Positions 11,934-21,927 of a DNA stretch of 64,000 bases are shown here, piece by piece (positions within the stretch are counted from its first letter, which is position 1; every line of letters begins with the position of its first letter). The DNA comes from a bacterium (GTDB lineage: Bacteria; Zhuqueibacterota; Zhuqueibacteria; Residuimicrobiales; Krinioviventaceae), in assembly GCA_963674595.2 (NCBI GenBank), contig CAXXFV010000015.1, forward strand, positions 64,001 through 128,000, in the 5' to 3' direction. A model generated the notes under the pieces. It saw only the letters and a list, made by a program, of their open reading frames with translations. It had not been told where the DNA came from and did no database searches. The position numbers were made by a program, and so were the translations under genes.

Positions 11934-14810
11934 ATGGATTATATCACTGGCGAAGATCGCTTGTCAGATAAACAAAAATATTTTAATAAATTTATTGAAA
12001 ATTGGACAAAGACAGATAAAGTTAATTTGTTAAAATCAATTTGGCCGGGATGTGCTATTACAACATTAATTTTTGGGCTTGCGGCATTTATTATAGCAAC
12101 TTTTAGCTTTCCGATTTGGCAATTATACACTGTTGCATGTTTGTTTGTGGGAGAATCCGTTCTTTTTATTATTTCATACCCTTTTATATCACCATCCAGA
12201 GTTACTTTTTGGAGTTGGTTGATTATCGTATTGATGTTTTTACCGACTTTACTCGTTTCAATTTTATTGGAAGAGTTAATTGTCATAGCGATGATAATGG
12301 GGCTTTTTGTTTCTCTTTTAACAAGTATCCTCTTTACTGTTAAAAAAGGTTTTCGTGTTGCTTTTTATTTATTATGTCTGGGATTGTTGGTTTTTTTACT
12401 TCAGGAAGCCAACATATATAATTTTTATTACTGCTTACCTGCATTATATATTCAATTGACGGATATTATAGTTTTTATATTAACAATTTTTGGAGGTATT
12501 TATCTTCTTTCTTTTTATCAAAAAGCAATTAATCGATCCTTACATTCTTTACTAGTAAAAACAGATGAAATTTATAAACTAAAGTTAAATTTGGATGAGG
12601 AAATTGAAGAACGTAAAAAAATTGAAATAGAAAAAAAGGCAATTCATCATTTTTCTGAAGATAATCCTCATCCGGTATTTTCTATTTCATATTTTGGCGA
12701 AATATTATATGCAAACAGTGCTGCCGAAAGGATGTTAAAGTTATTAAAAAGATCTGTGGGGCAAATTATTCCGCTGGAATGGATTGAGGTATTAAAAAAA
12801 GTAAAAGCAACAGCAAGCCCTCAAAAAAGTAAAATTACTTTTAATGGAAAACACTATGTAATTTACTGGACACCCATCCATAATATTGAAAAAGTATATC
12901 TTTACGTTTTTGATATTTCTGACAGAATAAAAATTAAAAAAGAACTTTTAAATACACTTAATGAAACAAAGCTGAGGTCGAGAGAGCTCGATTTCATCAA
13001 AAGTGCTTCTGATGATTTGATTGCATGGCAATGGCAAAATGTAGATCAATTATACCATCAAATACTGGTACGTGCAAATGATTTTGTTGAAGGTATTGGT
13101 GGTGTTTTATATATATATGACCCGGAACATGATTATTTGACTTTTAATGTTGCTGTCGGTTCAGGATATGAAAACTCGAAGGTTATTTTACGTCGGGGAA
13201 TTGAAGCTCCCGGGCGTGCCTGGGAATGTGGAGATGCAATTATTTCAACGAAAGAAGATGACGAGAAAAAGTATCAACTTACAATACCAATAAAGTGGCG
13301 GGAAGAACTGTTAGGCGTTTTTTCTTTAAATAGAGAAAAGGTGTTTGTTGAAAGAGATAGAGAGCTAATGGTTAAATTTGTTTCGCATGCTGCGCAGGCA
13401 ATTCAAAATGCCCGTCTTGTACAAATCACTCAGGATGAAATTAATTATCGTAAAACAACTGAATTAGCCATGTTGGAAAGTGAAAGACGGTTTAAAAGTT
13501 TATTTGATAATGCTCCGGTTGGTATTTATCGCGTTAATTCAGATGGTTTTTTTCAGCAGGCAAATACAAAGTTTGCAGAAATTTTGGAACTGAATGCGCC
13601 ATTGGATTTAATAGAGAAAAATATTTCTATTAAAGATTTAATGACTCCTGCCGATTTTGAGGCCAGAAATAAACAACTGAAAACCTATGGCGAAGTAAAA
13701 AAGATGCAATCCGTGTGGGTAACCAATAAGAATAAAAAAATATGGGTTGAAGAAAATATTGTTACTATAAAAAAGGCTGATGACACTATTATAAGTTATG
13801 AAGGTACTGTTGAAAATATTGATGAAAGAAAAAAAGCCGAAGAAAAATTGAATTTGGCTGATCAAATTTTATCGCATATTGGTAATATTGTTTTGGTAGT
13901 AGATAAAAAAGCACATGTTATTTATGGAACCCTGGCTATTGAAAAAACATTGGGTTTCCCGTTATTGGAAATTTTTAAAGACGGTTGGTATAATTTTATT
14001 TACGATAATCAAAATGATATTGTAAACGAAAAACTATATTTAAAAAATGCAGCACTTGGAAAAACCGCTTTAAAGGAAAAACCCTACGAACAGTATATTG
14101 TCGACCAGTCCGGCAAAGGTCATTGGATTTTATGGCAAGACACTTTTGGCCCCCGTGGTTTTATTGTTAGAATTGGTTCGGAAATAACAGATCGGAAAAT
14201 TGCTGAACAACAAATTTTTGATTCGCTAAAAGAAAAAGAAGAGTTGTTAAAAGAGATACACCATCGTGTTAAAAACAATATGCAAATTATTTCAAGCCTT
14301 TTATACTTGCAGTCAAAAGATATAAAAGACGAAAAGATAAACGAAATGTTGTTAAACAGCCAAAATCGAATTAAAACAATGGCTTTAATTCATGAAAAGC
14401 TATATCAATCAAAAGATCTTACAAATATTGATTTTGCAGATTACATAAAATCTCTTTTAATATCTTTTATAAAATATCCAAATATAAAGATAACTTCACA
14501 GGTTGATTCAATAAGGCTGCCCATAACCAAAGCAATTCCATGTGGTTTGATTGTGAATGAGCTTGTTACCAATGCTATTAAATACGCTTTCCCTGATGAT
14601 AAGAAGGGAAATATTATAATCTCTTTAATTGAAGGTGAAGAACATTTTACTTTAACCGTCCGGGATGATGGTATAGGAATGTCAAAAATTGACTTTTCTA
14701 ACATTAAAACTTTGGGCCTGACTCTTGTGGATAGTTTGACAAAGCAATTAAATGGTCATATTGAAACGAATAGTGAGAATGGAACCAGTTTTCAAATTAA
14801 TTTTAATTGA
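11934..14810 (+). CDS. Polytopic membrane HisKA_2 kinase with PAS, GAF and 2 PAS domains
   Basis: About 5-6 N-terminal hydrophobic helices; NPHPV (PAS); GAF ending AIQNARL; [17 protein letters not shown]; DDGIG. Confidence 0.92.
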   Translation: MDYITGEDRLSDKQKYFNKFIENWTKTDKVNLLKSIWPGCAITTLIFGLAAFIIATFSFPIWQLYTVACLFVGESVLFIISYPFISPSRVTFWSWLIIVLMFLPTLLVSILLEELIVIAMIMGLFVSLLTSILFTVKKGFRVAFYLLCLGLLVFLLQEANIYNFYYCLPALYIQLTDIIVFILTIFGGIYLLSFYQKAINRSLHSLLVKTDEIYKLKLNLDEEIEERKKIEIEKKAIHHFSEDNPHPVFSISYFGEILYANSAAERMLKLLKRSVGQIIPLEWIEVLKKVKATASPQKSKITFNGKHYVIYWTPIHNIEKVYLYVFDISDRIKIKKELLNTLNETKLRSRELDFIKSASDDLIAWQWQNVDQLYHQILVRANDFVEGIGGVLYIYDPEHDYLTFNVAVGSGYENSKVILRRGIEAPGRAWECGDAIISTKEDDEKKYQLTIPIKWREELLGVFSLNREKVFVERDRELMVKFVSHAAQAIQNARLVQITQDEINYRKTTELAMLESERRFKSLFDNAPVGIYRVNSDGFFQQANTKFAEILELNAPLDLIEKNISIKDLMTPADFEARNKQLKTYGEVKKMQSVWVTNKNKKIWVEENIVTIKKADDTIISYEGTVENIDERKKAEEKLNLADQILSHIGNIVLVVDKKAHVIYGTLAIEKTLGFPLLEIFKDGWYNFIYDNQNDIVNEKLYLKNAALGKTALKEKPYEQYIVDQSGKGHWILWQDTFGPRGFIVRIGSEITDRKIAEQQIFDSLKEKEELLKEIHHRVKNNMQIISSLLYLQSKDIKDEKINEMLLNSQNRIKTMALIHEKLYQSKDLTNIDFADYIKSLLISFIKYPNIKITSQVDSIRLPITKAIPCGLIVNELVTNAIKYAFPDDKKGNIIISLIEGEEHFTLTVRDDGIGMSKIDFSNIKTLGLTLVDSLTKQLNGHIETNSENGTSFQINFN

Positions 14811-14871
14811 TAATAGCAGATGATTTGTTATATTGTGCCGATATCGTTAACTATAGAGGTTTTGTTAAATT

Positions 14872-16341
14872 ATGCAGGAAAAGATCAACGTACTCGTTGT
14901 TGAAGATGAAATGATCGTTTCATTGGAATTGCAGGATCGATTAAAATCTTTAGGATATAATGTTTGCGGAGATGCTTCTTCAGGTGAAGATGCTCTTTTA
15001 CGTATAGAAAAGTTTCGTCCGGATGTGGTATTGATGGATATTATGCTAAAGGGACCCATTGATGGTGTAATGGCGGCGGAAAAAATTAAATTAAAATATA
15101 CCATTCCGGTTATTTTTCTGACGGCCTATTCAGACAATGCAACACTTGAACGTGCAAAAATTACGGAACCTTATGGTTATCTGTTGAAACCATTTGATGA
15201 GCGAATGTTAAGCACAACTATTGAAATGGCTTTGCTGCGTCACAAGCTCGAAATTAAATTGAAATCCAGTGAGAGTTGGCTGACAACTATATTAAAAAGT
15301 ATTGGTGATGCTGTTATTGCCACTGATGCAAATGGTGTCATAAAATTTATGAATCCTATTGCTGAAAAATTAACAGGATGGTCTGAAGAAGAGGCCCTTA
15401 ATCACACTTTAAATCAGGTATATCGTTTGGTTATTCCCGGGCAAAATGGTGATAAGGTTAAAGATTCTAACCTTCAAAAAGATGGGAATATTCAATATCG
15501 AATTTTGCTTTCAAAGAATAACAGGCAAATTTTTATTGAAGAGACATATTCCTTTATAAAAACGGACCAAAAGAAGGTGATTGGTTCTGTTTTAGCATTT
15601 CGTGATGTTTCCGAACGAATACAGGCTCAGGAACGTAAAAATATACTTGTAAATGAGCTTGAGAATATCAATAAAGAACTTCAGGACTTTGCTTATATCG
15701 TTTCACACGATTTAAAAGCGCCATTGCGCGCTGTGGGTTCCCTTGCTGAATGGATTTTAACCGACTATGTTGGGAATTTTGATGACAAAGGCAAGGAGAT
15801 GATGAATTTGTTGATGGGGCGTGTAAACAGAATGCATGAATTGATTGAAGGTGTATTACAGTATTCTCGTCTTGGGCGTTTTCGTGAAGACAAGATGCCG
15901 GTAGATTTGAATAGTATATTGAAAAAAGTAATTGAAAATAGTGATGTAACGAAAAATATTGTAATAAAAGTTGAAAATGAATTACCTGAAATAGAAATTG
16001 AGCCTGTGCGAATTGAACAGGTATTTCAAAATTTAATTGGAAATGCAATTAAATATAATGACAAACAAGAAGGTTTGGTAAAAATCGGTTGTTTGGAATT
16101 AGAAAATAGCTGGAAATTTTGGGTAGCAGATAACGGCCCCGGAATTGATAAAAAGTATTTTGATAAAATATTTCAAATATTTCAAACATTAAATGCCCGC
16201 GATGATGTTGAAAGTACGGGCATAGGGCTGACACTTGTTAAAAAGATTGTGGAAATGTATCAGGGAAAAGTTTGGCTGGAATCTGAAATTGGAAAAGGGT
16301 GTACCTTTTATTTTACTTTACCAAAGCTGATTGGCGAATAG
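14872..16341 (+). CDS. REC-PAS-histidine kinase with a Cph1/bacteriophytochrome-type HisKA core
   Basis: N-terminal receiver (VVEDE...DVVLMD...KPF); PAS SIGDAVIATD; FAYIVSHDLKAPLR; QNLIGNAIKY; GIGLTLVKKIVE. Confidence 0.93.
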   Translation: MQEKINVLVVEDEMIVSLELQDRLKSLGYNVCGDASSGEDALLRIEKFRPDVVLMDIMLKGPIDGVMAAEKIKLKYTIPVIFLTAYSDNATLERAKITEPYGYLLKPFDERMLSTTIEMALLRHKLEIKLKSSESWLTTILKSIGDAVIATDANGVIKFMNPIAEKLTGWSEEEALNHTLNQVYRLVIPGQNGDKVKDSNLQKDGNIQYRILLSKNNRQIFIEETYSFIKTDQKKVIGSVLAFRDVSERIQAQERKNILVNELENINKELQDFAYIVSHDLKAPLRAVGSLAEWILTDYVGNFDDKGKEMMNLLMGRVNRMHELIEGVLQYSRLGRFREDKMPVDLNSILKKVIENSDVTKNIVIKVENELPEIEIEPVRIEQVFQNLIGNAIKYNDKQEGLVKIGCLELENSWKFWVADNGPGIDKKYFDKIFQIFQTLNARDDVESTGIGLTLVKKIVEMYQGKVWLESEIGKGCTFYFTLPKLIGE

Positions 16342-16357
16342 TAAGCCGGAGTGAAAA

Positions 16358-16768
16358 ATGAAAACTCTACGATCAATACTTTTAATTGAAGATGATCAGG
16401 TAGATGCTTTAACTGTTAAGCGGGCATTTAAAGAATTAAATATAGAGAACAACTTGGTGGTTGTTTCAAATGGTGAACAAGCATTTGACTATTTAAAAAG
16501 TAATAAAAACAATCCGGGATATATTTTACTGGATCTAAATATGCCGCGACAAAATGGAATAGAGTTTTTAAAACTTATAAAAAAGGACATTCGGTTAAAA
16601 AAAATACCAATTATTGTTTTAACAACTTCCACAGAGGAAAGTGACTTGATGGAATGCTATAATCTGAGTGTAGCAGGATATATGATTAAACCGGTAAATT
16701 ACAAAAAATTTGTTGAAATAATTAATGCAATAAATACTTATTGGAATTTGAGTGAATTGCCTGCATAA
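16358..16768 (+). CDS. Single-domain response regulator, Rcp1-like
   Basis: LLIEDD, ILLDLNMPRQNG, IPIIVLTTS, YMIKPV and C-terminal YW..SELP. Confidence 0.93.
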   Translation: MKTLRSILLIEDDQVDALTVKRAFKELNIENNLVVVSNGEQAFDYLKSNKNNPGYILLDLNMPRQNGIEFLKLIKKDIRLKKIPIIVLTTSTEESDLMECYNLSVAGYMIKPVNYKKFVEIINAINTYWNLSELPA

Positions 16769-16791
16769 ATTTAAAAACGATTAGGTTGACT

Positions 16792-17757
16792 ATGAAAAAG
16801 GCTAAATGTAAATTATTACTTGTTGAAGATGACTTTATAGATCAATTGGCGTTCAAACGCATTGTTGATCAACAAATGATTGATTATGAATATGTGATTG
16901 CTGATTCAGTAAGCTCTGCAAAAAATATATTCCAAAATCATAAATTTGATATTGTCATTACAGATTATCAGCTCGGAGATGGAACAGCTTTTGATATTTT
17001 CAAGTTTGTAGAGAAAACACCTGTCATTTTTACAACAGGTGCCGGTAATGAAGAGATTGCCATAAAAGCAATGAAGGCAGGAGCCTATGATTATTTGATA
17101 AAGGATAAAGAGCGGAATTATTTGAAAATTTTACCATTAACAGTGGAAAACACCATAAAATATCATAGTGCCGAAATACAATCTCAAATGCTGTCTCAGG
17201 CAATTACAAGTACACGTGACAGTGTCTTTATTACAAATCTTGAGAATGACATTATTTTTGTGAATCGTGCCTTTTGTGAAACCTATCAATATACTGAAGA
17301 AGAAATAATTGGTAAAAGTGCCTCTCAGATTTCAAATGATGAGAATTTTGAATCAGTGTTTCATGATAAAAATTTGCAGAATCAGAAAGAAACTTATCAT
17401 GTTAGAAAAAGTGGTACCAAATTTCCGGTTTCTGTTACAGAATCTCTAATTAAAGATGAGAATGGAAAAAATATATCTGTTGTAAGGGCTGTTCGTGATA
17501 TTACGGAGAGGAAAAAAGCGGAAAATGAGCGCGAAAAATTAATAACAAAATTAAAAAAGGCATTAGAAGAAGTCAATACTTTGAGCGGCCTTTTGCCGAT
17601 GTGTGCTTCCTGTAAAAAAATTAGAGATGATGACGGTTATTGGAAGCAAGTGGAAGCATATATTCAGGATCATGTTGATGTGGAAATTAGCCACGGAATT
17701 TGTCCTGATTGTATGAAAAAACTTTACCCATCTGTTATTGAAAAGCTTAAAAAATAA
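16792..17757 (+). CDS. REC-PAS protein with a C-terminal 4-Cys (CxxC...CxxC) domain
   Basis: Receiver with DIVITD; PAS; C-terminus LSGLLPMCASCKKIRDDDGYW...SHGICPDC. Confidence 0.88.
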   Translation: MKKAKCKLLLVEDDFIDQLAFKRIVDQQMIDYEYVIADSVSSAKNIFQNHKFDIVITDYQLGDGTAFDIFKFVEKTPVIFTTGAGNEEIAIKAMKAGAYDYLIKDKERNYLKILPLTVENTIKYHSAEIQSQMLSQAITSTRDSVFITNLENDIIFVNRAFCETYQYTEEEIIGKSASQISNDENFESVFHDKNLQNQKETYHVRKSGTKFPVSVTESLIKDENGKNISVVRAVRDITERKKAENEREKLITKLKKALEEVNTLSGLLPMCASCKKIRDDDGYWKQVEAYIQDHVDVEISHGICPDCMKKLYPSVIEKLKK

Positions 17758-17900
17758 TGCTGGTACATTTGGTTTTTTTGCTTAAATTTTAAATATTTTA
17801 GAGTTATTTCTTGATTTTTAATTGTGTAAATCTTTATATTAAATAAATGTTTTTTCTTAAAATATTCTTATACAACTTTGACTATTAATAATATAGCTTG

Positions 17901-18305
17901 ATGATAAAACAAAAAATAAAAATACTTGTTGCAGAATATGAAGCCATTGTTGGTATGGAAATTGAATATCGGTTACGGCAATTGGGTTTAGACGTTGCCG
18001 CTATAGTGCCCACCGGTGAAAAAGCTATTCAATTTGTAGAAAAAAATGCACCTGATCTGGCGTTATTAAGTGTTATTTTGCGTGGTAATCTGGACGGAGT
18101 GGATACCGCACTACAATTGAAAAATTTTAAAGACATGCCAATTATCTTTTTAACTTCTGTAACGGATAAAAAAAGCCTCAAGCGAATGCGAGATTTAGAA
18201 CCGTTTGATATAATAAAAATTCCTTTTGAAGGATTTGAACTTGATCAAGCTGTAGAAAATGCTGTCAAATTTTTGGAAGAAAAAAATAGCTTACCATTAT
18301 CGTAA
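17901..18305 (+). CDS. Single-domain atypical (pseudo) receiver protein
   Basis: Paralogous to the REC domains at 14872 and 18350, but VVEDE is VAEYE and the phospho-Asp of DLVLMD is Ser (DLALLS). Confidence 0.85.
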   Translation: MIKQKIKILVAEYEAIVGMEIEYRLRQLGLDVAAIVPTGEKAIQFVEKNAPDLALLSVILRGNLDGVDTALQLKNFKDMPIIFLTSVTDKKSLKRMRDLEPFDIIKIPFEGFELDQAVENAVKFLEEKNSLPLS

Positions 18306-18349
18306 AGTAATTCAAATTTTTTAAAATATTCTTAAGGTATAACTACTAG

Positions 18350-20275
18350 ATGGCCAATAAATATAAAATTCTAGTTGTTGAAGATGAAACAATCGTATCC
18401 ATGGAAATTCAGGATCGATTGAAAGAAATGAACTATCTTGTTTGCGGTGCTGCTTCATCCGGAGAGGAAGCTATACGCAAAAGTGCTGAATCGGAACCTG
18501 ATCTTGTCCTGATGGATATCATGTTAAAAGGAAAAATGGACGGTATTGAGGCGGCTGATGTAGTAATTAAAGAACATGGTATACCGGTAATATTTTTAAC
18601 AGCTCATTCAGATGAAGCAACTTTACAACGTGCAAAATTAACCGCCCCGTTTGGTTATTTATTAAAACCATTTAATGATCGTGCATTACATACGACTATT
18701 GAAATGGCTTTATACCGGCACGAGATGGAGAAAAAAGTACGAGACAGTGAAAAATGGCTCAGTACCACCCTGACAAGCCTGAACGAAGGTGTCATTACTA
18801 CGGATAAAAGCGGCAAAATAAAATTTATAAATCCGATAGCTGAAAAAATGACCGGGTGGTCTGCTACAGACGCTGTTTCTTTAAAGGTTTCAGAGGTTTT
18901 CAAGATTTTTTCTGAAAAAGACCATGAAAAACTGGATTGCCCTGTACACTCTATTCTTAATGATTCTCAAAATAACAAAAGTAACTATTCATCTTTATTG
19001 ACCAACAAAAACGGCAAAGAATTTTTAATTGATCATTTTGAATCATTGATAAAAAACCATAAAGATAAAACGATTGGTGCTATTCTTGTTTTTAGAGATA
19101 TTTCTGAACGAAGGCGTTTGGAAGACCAGTTTCATCAGGCCCAAAAGATGGAAAGTATTGGGCTGCTGGCAGGTGGTGTTGCCCATGATTTTAATAATAT
19201 TTTGAGCGCTATACTCGGCTATGCTTCTTTTATGAAGATGAAAATGAACGAGGATCATCCGTTTTTTAATTATGTGGATACAATTGAAAAAAGTGCCATT
19301 CGTGGTGCGGATTTAACAGCACAATTGTTGTCTTTTGCCCGTAAGGGGCAGTTAAACATTAAATCTCTTGATCTTAATGCGGTTGTTTCAGAGGCATTAA
19401 AAGTTGTCAAGAGCACTTTTGATCGGTCCATCGAGATAGAAACAACTTTTTTCCCTGCATTACCGACTATAGATATCGATGAGATAAAAATGCAGCAAAT
19501 TTTAATGAATTTGTTCGTTAACGCGCGCGATGCTATGCCAAAGGGGGGAAAATTAACAATTGAAACAAATATTGCACGTTTTACGGGAAAACGAAATGAT
19601 TTGACACTGGACCTTGAACCCGGCGTGTATGCTGTGCTTTCCGTCGCTGATACAGGAACAGGTATTGACGAAAAAATATTAAAAAGTATTTTTGAGCCGT
19701 TCTTTACTACCAAGGAAAAAGGAAAAGGCACAGGACTTGGATTATCTATGGTATATGGCGTTGTTAAAAATTTAAAAGGAGATATCCAGGTTGACAGTAA
19801 AATAGGAAAAGGAACTCGTTTTAATATTTATCTGCCTATTAGTGGAAAACCGGAACAAAAAGATCATCTGGAATTGGATGCACCACTGGGAAAAGGCGAA
19901 ACTATCCTTGTTGTTGATGACGAAGAAACGATACGAGATTTTGTTGATCTTTCTTTTAAGAAAAACGGATATAAAGTTATTTTAGCAGAAAATGGTTTGG
20001 AAGGGGTCAAGGTATTTAAAAAGAACAAGGATAATATTGACCTGGTGATTCTTGACCTGGTTATGCCGAAAATGGGCGGATTTGAGGCCTATGAAGAGAT
20101 GCGTAAAATTTCACCCAAAACGAAATTTATTTATACGACAGGCTATACGGAAGATATCAAGATGAAGGAAATTACAAAAAGCGGTATAGATGGATTTTTA
20201 CGAAAGCCTTGTCAGATAAAGGAACTGTTGTCGGAAACCCGACGTGTTTTAGATATGAAAAAACCTGAGAAATAA
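18350..20275 (+). CDS. Hybrid kinase REC-PAS-HisKA-HATPase-REC (CckA/NtrB-type core)
   Basis: QAQKMESIGLLAGGVAHDFNN; NARDAM; FEPFFTTK; GTGLGL; C-terminal receiver DLVILD. Confidence 0.94.
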   Translation: MANKYKILVVEDETIVSMEIQDRLKEMNYLVCGAASSGEEAIRKSAESEPDLVLMDIMLKGKMDGIEAADVVIKEHGIPVIFLTAHSDEATLQRAKLTAPFGYLLKPFNDRALHTTIEMALYRHEMEKKVRDSEKWLSTTLTSLNEGVITTDKSGKIKFINPIAEKMTGWSATDAVSLKVSEVFKIFSEKDHEKLDCPVHSILNDSQNNKSNYSSLLTNKNGKEFLIDHFESLIKNHKDKTIGAILVFRDISERRRLEDQFHQAQKMESIGLLAGGVAHDFNNILSAILGYASFMKMKMNEDHPFFNYVDTIEKSAIRGADLTAQLLSFARKGQLNIKSLDLNAVVSEALKVVKSTFDRSIEIETTFFPALPTIDIDEIKMQQILMNLFVNARDAMPKGGKLTIETNIARFTGKRNDLTLDLEPGVYAVLSVADTGTGIDEKILKSIFEPFFTTKEKGKGTGLGLSMVYGVVKNLKGDIQVDSKIGKGTRFNIYLPISGKPEQKDHLELDAPLGKGETILVVDDEETIRDFVDLSFKKNGYKVILAENGLEGVKVFKKNKDNIDLVILDLVMPKMGGFEAYEEMRKISPKTKFIYTTGYTEDIKMKEITKSGIDGFLRKPCQIKELLSETRRVLDMKKPEK

Positions 20276-20290
20276 TCCTCAGGTTTTTTT
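20258..20290. terminator. Bidirectional intrinsic terminator between the kinase array and ssrA
   Basis: AAAAAACCTGAG-aaataatc-CTCAGGTTTTTTT hairpin with A and T tracts on either side. Confidence 0.85.
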
Positions 20291-20295
20291 GTTAG

Positions 20296-20655
20296 TGGAG
20301 ACGGTGGGAGTCGAACCCACGTCCGAAAAACCGGTTGTAGCAGCGTCTACATGTTTAGTCCTCTGCTTAAATCTCGATCACTCCTGCTGCAGTAGACCCG
20401 GCCAGAATGATCCAACCTTGTAAAGTTTCATTCACATTGCCAAGGTATCAATGTAAACTATTTCACAGTAATCGGCGTCCTTTTCTCATCCCTGCGAACA
20501 CAAATCAGAAAGGACGTAGCAAGCTTATTAAGCTGCTAATGCATACGCATAATTGTCTGCGTTTAATTTTTGTCCCAGTTGTTTAACGAGGAGACCAGGA
20601 ACCTCGACATGCAACCACTACGGCCACGAATCCCGTCGAAACCAAATTCGTCCCC
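20296..20655 (-). ncRNA. ssrA: tmRNA; tag peptide (A)ADNYAYALAA followed by two stops
   Basis: 5' GGGGACG pairs with 3' CGTCTCCA and includes G3:U. Also has TTTCGAC near the 5' end, T-arm GTGGGTTCGACTCCCAC and internal frame GCA GAC AAT TAT GCG TAT GCA TTA GCA GCT TAA TAA. Confidence 0.96.
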
Positions 20656-20664
20656 GTACACCTT

Positions 20665-20694
20665 AAGATATTAATTTCCTGCACCAAAAGTCAA
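20665..20694 (-). promoter_or_regulatory. Sigma70-type promoter of ssrA
   Basis: Minus strand TTGACT-N18-TATCTT, about 10 nt upstream of the mature 5' end. Confidence 0.6.
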
Positions 20695-20733
20695 GAGTTT
20701 TGTTTGTTGGTGTATTAATGTACACGTAAATTG

Positions 20734-21669
20734 CTATTTGATGTTTAAAAGCAATTTAATTTCGGGATTGCTTAAATCCTCTTTCATAACAACCTTAACG
20801 CCTGTATCAATCCTTTTTTCAACGGGTTCGCCTTTAAGGGCCGCTACGGCTGCTTTTACACCTTCATATCCCATTTTAAACGGATTTTGTACGACAAGTG
20901 CGTGGATAGTTCCATCCTCAAGTGCCTGTATTTCATTGGGAGCTGCGTCAAAAGCCACCAGTTTAACTTTTCCTTTCAAGCCTCGGCCAATTAATGCCTG
21001 AGCACATCCGATAGCACCGGCTTCATTTGCGGCAAAAATACCTTTCAGATTTGGATGGGCTGTTAGAATATTTTCGGTTACAGCCATTCCGGTTGCAACA
21101 TCACTTTGAGAATATTGGACCGCAACCAGATTGAGTCCCGGGTGGTTTTCCAAACCTTTTTTAAAGCCATCTTCGCGCATAATAGATGTTGCTGCTCCGG
21201 GAACAAAAGGTATACAGGCCACCTCTCCTTCAGAACCTAACAATTCGGCAAGAACATCTGCTGCTTTGGCTGCTGCTGCCATGTTGTCTGTTGCAACAAA
21301 GGAAACAGGAATATCAGAATTTACACCGGAATCTATGGTGATGACCGGAATGCCGGCAGCCTGGGCTTTTTTTATTGTTGAGACCAACCCCGTGGCGTCG
21401 CAGGCGGCCAAAACTATGGCATCCACTTTTTTATTTATATAGTCTTCGATGATGGATATTTGTCCGGCTATATCTGTTTCAAGTGACGGACCTTTCCAAA
21501 TAATGTCCACGCCATTCTCACTCCCGGCTTTTTCAGCGCCGGCTTTTACCGATAACCAAAAATTATGAACCAATCCTTTTGGTGAAACCAGAATTTGAAG
21601 ATTGTCGGATTTGGGTTTTGCACAGAACAAAAAACAGGTGCTTAGTAATAAAAGTACAAGTTTTTTCAT
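20734..21669 (-). CDS. Sugar ABC transporter substrate-binding lipoprotein (RbsB/Peripla_BP_4 family)
   Basis: Lipoprotein-like signal (LFC); FW..VKAGA; VATDN; GIFAANE; VAFD; VVQNPFKMGY; IDTG. Confidence 0.92.
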   Translation of the reverse strand: MKKLVLLLLSTCFLFCAKPKSDNLQILVSPKGLVHNFWLSVKAGAEKAGSENGVDIIWKGPSLETDIAGQISIIEDYINKKVDAIVLAACDATGLVSTIKKAQAAGIPVITIDSGVNSDIPVSFVATDNMAAAAKAADVLAELLGSEGEVACIPFVPGAATSIMREDGFKKGLENHPGLNLVAVQYSQSDVATGMAVTENILTAHPNLKGIFAANEAGAIGCAQALIGRGLKGKVKLVAFDAAPNEIQALEDGTIHALVVQNPFKMGYEGVKAAVAALKGEPVEKRIDTGVKVVMKEDLSNPEIKLLLNIK

Positions 21670-21927
21670 GGCTGGTTCCTTTTTGTTAAAATAAGAATTT
21701 TTTCAAGGTAGTAGATTTTTTAATTTTTGTCAAATTATTTGTTGGAAATTACTTGAAGAGAATAAAAATTTTGCATCTATGCATGGATTTTTTTATAATA
21801 GGTTATATGAATGATGGTAAAATTAGGATTTATGTTTAAAAAATAACTTTGGATTTCACAATAAATAATATAATATTATACGCTTTGAATTTTGTACATA
21901 ATTATTAAACCTAATCACGAGGGATTT

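Noticed and set aside
5000-14400. Four similar DNA segments encoding EIHHRVKNN...LYLQS, considered as DGR template/variable repeats or a repeat array
   Set aside because: The differences are mostly synonymous and not adenine-specific, and no reverse transcriptase is present. Paralogous H-box conservation explains them.
20276-20296. Prophage or ICE attachment site at the ssrA 3' end
   Set aside because: No integrase, phage gene or duplicated ssrA 3' segment was found in the window.
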